A stretch of 64,000 nt of DNA from Lepidodermella squamata (Eukaryota > Animalia > Gastrotricha), in NCBI GenBank assembly GCA_047495785.1, contig JBLDXI010000007.1, positions 3,224,001 to 3,288,000 of the forward strand, given 5' to 3'. The position numbers were made by a program, and so were the translations under genes. This document shows positions 9,776 through 20,271 of the stretch, piece by piece (positions within the stretch are counted from its first letter, which is position 1; every line of letters begins with the position of its first letter). The notes beneath the pieces were generated by a model, which was not told the DNA's origin, ran no database searches, and was given only the letters and a program-made list of their open reading frames with translations.

Positions 9776-12036
9776 TCATAAAGCTTGAGAAATGACTCTG
9801 TTGATCCATTGCACGTGATTTGAGACTTGGGTGAAAACGCCAGGTTTTGTCATAGCTAACAAATAAAAAACAGTTATAAGGTGACTGAAATAAGCTATTG
9901 TTACTTCCGCAGGGCATCCGACCCCATGCTGAAATTCCAACCAGTTCATTTTGCCTTGTCGCTCCGTTGAAGCATATCAGTGGAATTCCGACAGTAGCCT
10001 AATGACGAAAATGCTTCGTTTACGATGGGTCGGGTGGTTCTCGGAAATTAACCTTTATGCAAACATCGTCCGATCCCAACTGCTTCCCAGCGCAAAACTG
10101 AAAAATTGACAAATGTTTACTTCATGAACTGGATGATTGCTGATTTATACGTGATCGTCTGTCATCCGAGTGTTGCCCCAAGTTTCTCTCAAGCACGTGT
10201 CTTGATTGATTATATCGATCGAGCTGCTAGTCAGTGTTTGGAATGGGTATTGTCGGAATATCCCGCCCCATGAAATAACCTTGCAATCGGTGTATTTCGC
10301 AATGGGACACGGAGGTAGCATTGGCGTTCTCAGGGTACCAAACTCGTCGAACGGTTCATCCAGCTGTACTAACGCTATATCAGACGGATAAGTAAGCGGG
10401 CTGTACCTGAAAAGGAAGCTTTTTCATTTCAACGTGGGCGTAACGAGGTACTTACTCAACCAGATTTTCATCGCCTTCTCCTAAATGATCAGAGTCCCAT
10501 TTCAGGTTGACGATTCTCCTTTGCTGAACCCCAATGGACATAAGCGGTGAGTTTTCTTTATCCGAATTCGCGACTACAACCCACTGCTGTAGATCACTCC
10601 GTCCAGGGTAAAAGCAATGTAAAGCGGTCGCGACCCAGTAAGGTTGTATGACAACCCCAAGGCATTGTGTGAGTATTGGATCCTCATCAGACGGTTGATG
10701 ACGTAATTGGACCATCCATGGGAAGAGTAAGGAGGGTGGCACTGGACGAGTTGTAGTCCAGATGGGTCGACATTCACCCGGGGTTGACCAAACCCCGCCC
10801 AAACAAGCAGTAACATTGGGTCCGATCAAAATGAATCCTTCATTACAGAAGACTCGTCGGGATCTCCCTAAATCTGGTTTCGTTTGGTCTATGAAGCCAT
10901 TAGGAACGCTGGGGAGTTCTTTTGGGCAACCATCAACCCAAGCTGTGTCTGAAATTCAAAAATTCAACATCAATTTATCAGAAAAGCTAGTGAAACCTTT
11001 GTTTTCAGGAATGTAAGTAAGCTTGACATGGTCTGCAGCCGCGTAATTAGACCTTTCATATACCCAATATCGTATCCAGGGTAGTAATGGGCAAATGCGG
11101 GTGTAAACTCCAACCCCGGTGCAATCGCCAGTCGGCGTAAAAACAGGTGTTGACAGGAAGCCAATCAGGAACGTTTTCTCATTCTCGAGACTTGTGCAGA
11201 TCAGCGCACTGCCTTGCTCTCGGCTAGCTAGTTCGCAAGATGTCGCGTCATATGGGTTCTCCGACCCGATGTTAGCATCGTGTTCGTAGTCGTTCCACAT
11301 CAGATTAATGGATTGATACTCTGCGAATCCAGCGCAGATTTTGGTGGCGGAAAATGAAAGGCTTGGTCGTAAATTCGAGCATTCAACGTATGGCTGGATG
11401 TATATATCCGTTTTATTGACAGATTTTGACTCCATAGGGTCCCCTGTAAATGAAAATGCAAATCATGAATGCTGGCCAGATATTTGATGGGAAATTACTG
11501 GACAATCTCCATCCGAGTAATGTAGCTTTCAAGCAGCCATCTACAATATGAGTCCTCTGATTATGGAATGAGCAGAAAGTATCGTTAGGCAGCGTTGTGC
11601 CCAATACAAGAGAGGAGTAAGGATTCAAAACAGCTGGCTTTATCATCCGAACTAGCGCTGCGTCGTACTCAAGCGTTTTGTTATTGAAATCCGGATGTAA
11701 GATAGCCCGTTCACACGCTATGACCTGCTCTCCGATATTATCGAATAAATCGTATCTTTCGATGATAGCAACAGCACTTATGGCATGAGCTAGGCATTTT
11801 GCTGTTGTTAACAACCATTGGCTTGAAACTAGGACAGCAGTGCAGTATCGAATGCCGCCCGGAGATGTCCGATTTCTGAAAGTTACAGCTAAATGGGCTA
11901 GGAAGGCTACATCAGGAGGCCGTCTGCTTTGGCCGCGAACAACTATCGCGAGGAAGTATGTATGAAATGTGAAAAATAGCAAGGTAAGCTTCAGTATCAG
12001 GCCGCCAAGTACTAAACAACGGGCTTTTGCACCCAT
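9776..12036 (-). CDS. Multi-exon tandem trypsin-fold pseudo-protease: SPH-CCP/sushi-SPH
   Basis: Domain 1: CTAVLVSSQWLLTTAKC, YDAALVRM, SREQGSALIC, GVYTRIC. CCP-like CPKELPSVPNG..VFCNEGFILIG..CLGGVWS..EC. Domain 2: WVATALHC, SDIALVQL, DVCIK|ATVGIPLIC, KPGVFTQVSNHVQWI; stop at 9776. Confidence 0.8.
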
Positions 12037-12229
12037 CAAATGAAGGCTGGTGACATGTAATGATTATGCTAGGCTTGCAAACAATGTTTTGACTCGTCTA
12101 GATGTGAGTGCAAAGTAGCACGTGGATCAAACTATTGTACTCATGTCTAATTTTAACATTTCACAACAAAAATAAGTAAAAAGTATCCCGAATACATGAC
12201 TGGGTCTTGTTTCTTCACAGAAAACATAT

Positions 12230-14806
12230 TTATATGGGTATTTCTGAAACTTGTGACGACATCTGGCTTGAGCTCATCATTTGAGTAGCTTGGCTCGAGT
12301 TGCGCATCGCGAATTTAAAATCACTGAAAACCCAATGCGGCGCCAATGCAATAGTCCCTATCATCGCAGAGAACAGAGCTGAAAACAGAGATAACGCCAT
12401 CATTTGATTCGTAGGATTGTAGTCCAGCACGAAATAGACTAAAACAGAGGCGAGGAGCAGCGTAGTCATTAGGGTGACTGTAATTCTTGCTTTAATCAAC
12501 TCAACGCCGATGATCTGTCCATCACCGTCAAATCTTAGTTTCCGTAGGCCGTAGGAAAACCAAGCCCCTGTCACGAAAAGGAGCAAATGAAACGCAGCTG
12601 AGGGACCGGCCCAAGCGAATTCGTAGTCTGATCGATAGGTTAGGGCTTTTACAATGTTATAAGTGTCACTTGCCTCATCGTATGGGTTAGCAAGCATTAA
12701 ATTCTCGAGATACGGCTTTGGAGGATCCAGGGTGATCCAAGCCCCTAAATGACCCGCAGACAGAAGTCCAAATATAAACAAACCTCGAGTTGTAAAAGCC
12801 GAAAGCAGTAGTTTCAAAGACATCAAATCAACACCAGCAGGAATAGGAGAGTCTGGAGGGGGTTCCTGGATGACTACTGGAGCTACAAGATTCGACGAGC
12901 TTCTTCGATTTGCTTCATGCTGCCCATGACCATCGGCTGGTTTGACGTGAATTAAGGTAGTAGATTGCATTGGAGCAACGGATCTAGATGTTTGTTGGGC
13001 GGACATCAACGCCGAGTTTCGAGGTTGAGCATTAATTGTCATTGAAACCGCAAAACTTCCAGATTTTCTCAACATATTGCGGAACCCATTTTTGGCATGA
13101 ACCCTATAGAACATAATTTGGCTCAGCAAGCTTCCCTGAGCTACCGCAAACGCAATTACTGGGGTAACTCGTTGAAGAATAAATAAGACAGAAGCAACTC
13201 CAGGTTGAGATCTGACTGAAAACAGTATAGACGAAACGTTGAAGAGGAGGCAAGCAAGGATCAATAGGTTTTTCGACATTTCCCCAAAAATATCAGCCTT
13301 CGCGCTAAAAGCTACATAGCCAATTTTCCCAAGTGACAATATCGAATTTATCGCTATGATCCCATAGAAAAAATCATAAGAAATCGCTGAGAGTATTGAT
13401 TTTTCGATTCGCTTATCCCGCGGAGGGATGTTATCAACGCTGAACCAAACTGGGCCGTTAATGTCCCTCCTCACAGAGTAGCTTGAATAACTGAGAGGCG
13501 GAGCGTCAGGGCCGCTTCGCCGGAACGAGCTAACCACCTTCAAGCCAGTTTTCTGGGTCCACTGAACAGCGACGTAGACATCATCATCCGGTTCAGCCCT
13601 AGGAGAGTAGCGAAACCTCCCGATTCTTAGGCTGTCGAAGTCAACATTCGCCATAGACTCATTCGCAACTCTCATGACCTTGTAAGGATGGCTTTGATAG
13701 TCCAAAAGGGTCATATTCATCGAATTCAAGCGCGTTTCAGTTTGATTTAGAGCCATGATCGCTGCTAAGGCTGCATCGTGGCATAAAATTCGGCGATCGT
13801 AATCTGCAGGCCTAGCGCTGACGTTTCCACCCATGGCAATCCATTTTTCGTCGAATTTACGGTCGAATTCTGCGAGGTCATAGCCTAAACTGGACTTAGT
13901 CTCCGGCGCATCAGCATTCCAAGAAGCCCATGCAACCCAAAATGTATATTTGAGCTGTTCCCAAATAATCTTCCTAGTACAGCCTGTTTCTATGAATTCC
14001 GGTAGGCTATACGGCTCGACATAGCTGCCGTAATGTAGAATGAAAGCGTATCTTGGCCCTGTCATTCCAAACTCATACGTTTTGCAGAGAAATGTCAGAA
14101 TTATTTGAGAAGCTGAAATAAGGAGATAAACGACCCTAACATCGCTTTTCTTGATAAAATCAATGGTTTGATCTTCAATATCAGCTACAACGTCGAAGTA
14201 GGGGATTTCAAAACCGTTCGCTATGCCTTCTTTCGCCAACATCGCAGCGATGATGTAGTCTGACGGGTTGAGGACAGTTGACATGATGCCTAGACGGTTC
14301 CACTTCCCAATTTCCCTCGTGAATCTTAACACTGCGAACATCATCATTTCACCGCCACTTCTCGCTCGGTATATATTAGGATACATTTTTCGATTCGCTG
14401 TTAGAGCAGGGTGGTTACAGCCTTGAGCTGATGCGACAAGGTAAACATGGGGTGCAATAGGTGATGCTGGTACACAGCCGCCGGAATACAGAGGTCCGAT
14501 ACTTATTGGAGATAAATCGCCGTATTTTCGAGTTTCGAAATCCTGCCCGAATCTCGCGATTAGAGCCGGAGCATAGAATCCGTTTGGACCTTCGTCCTGA
14601 AAATTCGGTACAATCCTGTATTGTCGTAGAATATCATGGCGCTTGTTTGTCTCCTCCGTGGCAATTAGCGTTGCGATTAGGCAAGATTCACCCGTCCTCG
14701 GAGCGTCACCTGTGACATCTAAAGTTGTCAAAACAGTTAGGTTGAACGGTTTGAAAGCAAGAGCCAGCTGGCATACGAGAAAAACAGAGTATAGTTTGAG
14801 TTTCAT
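12230..14806 (-). CDS. Intronless class C GPCR, GABA-B-like (Venus flytrap + 7TM, no CRD), subfamily A
   Basis: 858 aa: signal peptide; periplasmic-binding-protein-like VFT (IGPLYSGGC, MYPNIYR, GMTGPRYAFI, HDA); PPRD directly before seven hydrophobic helices; WITLDPP at the end of TM4. Confidence 0.85.
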   Translation of the reverse strand: MKLKLYSVFLVCQLALAFKPFNLTVLTTLDVTGDAPRTGESCLIATLIATEETNKRHDILRQYRIVPNFQDEGPNGFYAPALIARFGQDFETRKYGDLSPISIGPLYSGGCVPASPIAPHVYLVASAQGCNHPALTANRKMYPNIYRARSGGEMMMFAVLRFTREIGKWNRLGIMSTVLNPSDYIIAAMLAKEGIANGFEIPYFDVVADIEDQTIDFIKKSDVRVVYLLISASQIILTFLCKTYEFGMTGPRYAFILHYGSYVEPYSLPEFIETGCTRKIIWEQLKYTFWVAWASWNADAPETKSSLGYDLAEFDRKFDEKWIAMGGNVSARPADYDRRILCHDAALAAIMALNQTETRLNSMNMTLLDYQSHPYKVMRVANESMANVDFDSLRIGRFRYSPRAEPDDDVYVAVQWTQKTGLKVVSSFRRSGPDAPPLSYSSYSVRRDINGPVWFSVDNIPPRDKRIEKSILSAISYDFFYGIIAINSILSLGKIGYVAFSAKADIFGEMSKNLLILACLLFNVSSILFSVRSQPGVASVLFILQRVTPVIAFAVAQGSLLSQIMFYRVHAKNGFRNMLRKSGSFAVSMTINAQPRNSALMSAQQTSRSVAPMQSTTLIHVKPADGHGQHEANRRSSSNLVAPVVIQEPPPDSPIPAGVDLMSLKLLLSAFTTRGLFIFGLLSAGHLGAWITLDPPKPYLENLMLANPYDEASDTYNIVKALTYRSDYEFAWAGPSAAFHLLLFVTGAWFSYGLRKLRFDGDGQIIGVELIKARITVTLMTTLLLASVLVYFVLDYNPTNQMMALSLFSALFSAMIGTIALAPHWVFSDFKFAMRNSSQATQMMSSSQMSSQVSEIPI

Positions 14807-15641
14807 TTGCTATGAAATTATTACAGTTGCCACGAAATGCGGTGGGCATGGGACGTCTGTAAATGTTTTGAAAACTTCCGTCAATTCGCGAGAAATCAAT
14901 GCAAGGAAGCAGTAGGAAGATCACGCGCATAATTACATAAGTTCTTTCCTTTCATTGTCCCGTGCTTCGCTACACGCAGAAGGGACGATGATTGCCTGAA
15001 GGGGCTATTAAAACAGCTAAGCCCCTTGACTATCTTGAAATCCGAATTACAAAGCCTCGCCTTATACATATTTCAATAATTCTTCCTCAGCAGGAACCGC
15101 CGCTATCCTTCGGTCTTTTTCGACTTGCTTCAAATCTACGCACCTTGTTCAAATGCCCTAGTTAATAGAAGCGGGCACGAAAAAAGACAGCAGACAACGC
15201 TAAGACAAAGCAGCCTCAAATATAAAATATCAATCAGACTCAAATAGATTGAAGCTATTTTAATTTTTTTGCATTGTCCTTGATTTGACTTCTATCAAAC
15301 ATTGATTAGATTGATTATATTAGATTGCAGTGGATTTTGTAGAATATGTTTCATCTTTTTTAACCGCATTGAAGGACTCTTTCTGCCAATGGCTCATTCA
15401 ATGGCTCTATGCCATGAATTTTGGGTGTTCTCTCGGAAAGGGAACTGCCATAAATTGTTGATTTCGCTCACTCAGAATCACACTAAGCTCGCTAATAAAG
15501 GAGCGTTTATGGTATATAGCTAGGATAGCTCAACCACCGGATTGTAACAAGTGTCTGTTAATAAAACATAATCTTCCTTTATTTTTGTGATATGTTTTTC
15601 TTGTGAACATTTTATAATGGACTAGAATCAAACTAGAATCT

Positions 15642-17254
15642 TTAGCAAAGTTTTAATTTTACGAAACCGTTATCAAGCTTGCCATCGATCGTGTTGAAAT
15701 GAGCTGAGAAGTGTATGTAAAGCCACGTGGCTAAGTATCCCGATAATTTAGCCGTGATCGTCGTAAATAGAGCCAGCCGATTCCACACTTCAGAAGCCCG
15801 CAACTGAGTTTCATCATCAACCGCCAAATTTTGATTAGCCCGTCTTTCAAACATGTCCTCAAGCATAACACCAATAGCTCGTTTCTCTGGCGAAGTGAAT
15901 TGATGCTGTGATTTCCAATGGGTAGATCGCCGCGCTATCGACACTCCTGAACTGGTATTCTGCAGATCTTGACATTGAGCTTCACGTCTTGCTGATGTGG
16001 CGCTGGGCGATTGAATGTAACGATGTATTTCCAGGGATTTAATTTCTTTGGCTCGTTGCTCCTCCCGCCGTAGCTTGTCAGCTTTCTTTTCGGATGAGAC
16101 ACTGTGTTTGATCAGGCTCATTACGAGGCAAAGGGAGGCGTTTAACACTGCAATTAAATATTAATCAATAGACAGTAGGTAAAGATGAGAAAAGAACAAC
16201 TGAAAGATGCTTCTGGAACTTACAAACATTATAGCCGAGAAAATAACCGACCGCAGGGATGTGAAAACTTGTTGCGGAGGTATACAAAAGGCTCACAGCC
16301 ATGATGACCACGTAGCCAATTGTTGCGATGAAAATTGGAATAGATCTCTCTGTATCATCGGCTTCATGAAAGACAGTCAAGTCTTAAACTTCGAATTTAG
16401 CTTAAGCAGCTCAAGCAAACATACGGGGTGTCGAGAAAGCTGATATCGTATGAATAGATAATGCAACTGAAAGAATGGAATAGTTTAGTTCAGTTTAGTT
16501 CCAACAGCGCTCAAGTTCTTTGAAGTTACCTGACGGCACGATAATGAGCCACATGCACCACCTCCTTGATTTTCTTTCCAACTTGAATTGAAGCAAAGAA
16601 CGAGACTCATGAAAGCTGATTTCTACAAATGCCCATTCCAATGAGGACTGATCCGTGACCTGCAAGCAAGACGGGAATCTTTCAACGACAAAATTCGCAC
16701 TGGCATCGAAAGGATCGGGTAGTTTGAACTCGCAAACGGCCTGGAAGAAGAGCAATTTTTATCGGACACTTCATAAAAGTCTTTTCGCTTACAATATCGA
16801 AGGGAAACAGATTTAGAGACGATTCGAAATTACACAAGGCTCTAAGCCACTTCCTGATTTCCCACGTTGGGGCTTTGATTTTACCATCTGTTGACATGGT
16901 GACCAATTTAGGCTCAAAATCGATAACACTGGGCGTCCAGACTAATTTAGCTGGGATTGTGATGGATAAACCCGGGCATGCTGAGACGTTGAGGCGCTGA
17001 TCGAACCAGCTGATCTGAGCCCCGACAATCGCTTCGTTTGAACCCAAGTCAACATTCATCATCTCAAGAAGAACTTCTATTTTCGGACTCGGCGGAATGA
17101 AATTCACCACGCCCACAGACATCTTATCCCAAAGCGCTTCCATCGAGCATCCGGTCGCATTTTTCGCCGTCGCATTCGCCGGTTGGGTGACATTTGTCAA
17201 ATTAAAGCAAGCCGCACTATGTAAAACCGTCAAAATCGGAATGAAAGCTCTCAT
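15642..17254 (-). CDS. Divergent Cys-loop ligand-gated ion channel subunit (multi-exon)
   Basis: SWFDQRL, VWTPS, spliced loop CNFESSLNLFPFDI|AVC (intron 16792-16741), LERK-M1 WLIIVPS, further TM exons, long M3-M4 loop, WNRLALF M4. Confidence 0.8.
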
Positions 17255-17766
17255 CTTAATCTGTGGGGCTGAAAGTAAGGCTTCTGCATTTTTTTCGATC
17301 AGCCGTATAATTTTTTGTTTGCTACAACACCCTGTAGTACAATCGTACCTGGTGCGTGATGATTAATTAGCGTAGATTTTTTATTTGCGGCAATTTGTTA
17401 TATGTTTGTTAATAATTTATATCAGCCTGTCGCCACAAGTGACCTGAGGCATATCCTGATCAATACCCGGTGATTTCTGGTCATAGGAAAAAGGCGACGT
17501 AAAAATCCGGAAATTGATTTGTGATTACGCTGGATAGGCGCGCCATTAAAGCCGAAAAAGTTATATCGCCTCAGTTGATTCACTAAAAATGTCACCTCGT
17601 CACCTACATTAAAATTTGTCCGGCGATATAATCATCATCTGAGTGATTATTTTTCTCGATTTTAAAGCCTCTGAACTCCACCCACTCAAGTCATAAGCGT
17701 CTTAACCTAGTGGATTAACTTGATTGAATCAAACAACTTGCTATTTGCTAAAAACACAACTCGAAA

Positions 17767-18207
17767 ATGACATGCCTTCTCTATCGGCTTTTTGCCCTCT
17801 CCCTCTGCATCGCATCGGTAGTGCCTGTGAGGCATAAAACAGGCAGTGATAACGAAGCAGCTTCTGCCAACTCGTGTACGACCTTCAGCAGCCCGCTTTA
17901 CAATCAATTCTCGGCTTTTCAAAAGCTCGAATTGGTTAACCTTTGCCGAATGGTTGCTAAATCGCCCAAGCTGAGAGCAAAATTCGACGAGAGGACCGAA
18001 GTCATGTGCAGCTTATGCTTTTCGGTAATAATTAACTTGATTAGCAAGACTTGCCTGCAGATATTTTTTCAATAGAAACTGGAATGGAAAAATCGAACAT
18101 GCCAATTGATTCCGTTTATCGAACGCATTGGATACATTCGCATGGAATGCGATCAGAAAATCATCCGGAGAGCAAAAGATCAAGCAATTGCCAAATTTTT
18201 CCATTGA
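17767..18207 (+). CDS. Small secreted 6-Cys orphan protein (129 aa)
   Basis: Exon 17767-18024 (signal MTCLLYRLFALSLCIAS), phase-0 intron 18025-18075, exon 18076-18207 KLEWKNRTCQLIPF...AKFFH*. Confidence 0.6.
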
Positions 18208-18282
18208 TTATTATAATTTGTTGTGAGAATTTTATTATCAATGATACTCTTTTCCTTATAGAAATAAATCGCATGAATTAAG

Positions 18283-19952
18283 TCAAAATCCTTCAACATC
18301 GGAATATTCGTGAATTCGAGTGAAGTAACTTCTCATTGTACTTCCCCGATCACCATACGTCACAAACAGTCCAAAGGTCAGAAAGCCGACTAGACTCGCG
18401 AAAACGAAGGCAGCTAGAAAAGCTTTGTTAACAAAGTCTGACATTCTAACGTCGTCATAATCCGCGTCCAGTTTCCGCGCGTAACTGCCAAGTGAATACA
18501 GCAGACTCCGCTTTCGCCGCCGATGCCGCATATAGTTGAGATGGGCAGTTAAATCGCGACTCGCGAACCCGCTTAACGCCCAATACCGGTCTGAAGTTTG
18601 AAGCTTTTCGTTTAGGGAAGAATTTTTGCTTGAACCGCCTCCGCTCGACCAAAGAGCTAGAGTTCGCGTTGATTGGCCTGAATCTGCTCGTTCAGTTGAG
18701 GCTGACTTCATGTACCTACGACGCCGGATGACGGATTTTATGTCGCTGTCTTTAGCTGCCAGCATTTTGTCAGCTTTCATCTGCCATTCTACATCGACGA
18801 GTCGATAGATGAAACAAGCCCCAGCGATTGCAAGGGATGACAAAACTGAATAAAAAAATGTAGGAAAAAAATCAGGTAGTTTTCAAGCTTATACTTATGT
18901 TATAGGCGAAGAAAATCATGAGGACAGGGGTGGTTTCGCTTGTTTCAGGGGTGGATTGCACGAACATTATGAAGAGAAGGAAATAGCTGACTAGACCACT
19001 CGCGGCAGTGCTAACCTTTTCGTCACTTTTCGCGTTAGACACAAATGCTGACCCGGTTTGAAGTGCTGTAGCAACTGGAAAAACAAAACATTAAGAAAAT
19101 TATGATTTTATTACTTGCTAACTCACTTGATGGAACAACAATGATCCAGACGTAGTAGTATGGCCTGCGATCTAAACGGACCCAAAATCTAATCCCTGGT
19201 TCAGTTTCGTTCGGGAAATCCACGAACTGGTTTGTCATCAAAAACATTGGATGAGCGTCGATGCATCGATATCTCAATACAGCCTTTTCAATGCTTGCAA
19301 CTCCGAAGTGGAGTTGGCTGTTGCGATAAGCCGGTGATTGTATGAAAATGTTACATTCTTGCTGGTCGAATGGAAAGAAAGTTGCATCGAAGCGGCAAGC
19401 TAATTCAAGCCGTAGGGAAATAGACCATTGGACTAGACCTGTATCTCTGATGACTAGAGGATGCTTCTCCCAGCTATCAGGGTACACCACAACTTCCGCC
19501 CCGTTTTGAATTTCGTGGAATGGGAACCATATTTTTTCGGCTTTGAGCGCAATCGTTTGATTAGTGCACCCCTCGGATTGATTTATAGCTAATCTCCAAT
19601 CATACCAAGAGAACTCGAGTCTAACCGTGATGCTGAAGACTCCATTCGCGTCTGAAATCTCGTTCAAAGCCATTACAACAGCTCTGACTTGAACAGTCAT
19701 GGGCTGGGTTGGTGGTACCAATTCTAAACCACCTAAATCACCGACGGCTTCGTTGAACAGCCTACCGCATTTTTGTGACAACAACGCCGTTGAGTTTGTC
19801 ATAGATGAATTCGAAGATTTCTCCGACGAAATATCGTAGTCAGCGAATTTTATACTAAGCCGCTGCTCGTAAACCCTGTAGTCATCTCTGTAATTGTAAC
19901 CGGCCTCGGCTACCTCAAATGTAAGGAAAATTAACAAAAAGCGTGCGACCAT
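18283..19952 (-). CDS. Cys-loop ligand-gated ion channel subunit, cation-type (nAChR/5-HT3-like clade), divergent
   Basis: WYDWRL, KIWFP, Cys-loop CRFDATFFPFDQQEC, LDRRPYYY-M1, SDEKVS at the start of M2, PETSETTP loop, M4 FVNKAFLAAF; two short introns in the TM region. Confidence 0.9.
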
Positions 19953-20271
19953 TTTAGACGTGAAGGTTGAACCAATTCCGCCAGTACAATTTACATGTCG
20001 AAGTGAATGGAATCAATTCACCCAAGAGGTTCAAGTGCGACGAAAAAACGATTGAATTATCGCTCATCAATATTTCATTTTCCCGATAATGAAAAATATT
20101 ATATTGTTTCAGATCTAGCAGGAGAGTATCGATGATTCAAAAATGCAATGAGTGGTCTAATATAAACAAAGGCGTCCTTTGTTTGACAAAAGGACTCAAA
20201 TTAAGGAAGAATTTATCTTGCTGATTTCACAGTATGAGTTTCAAAAGCCGTTGTAATACAAAACCCGATTT

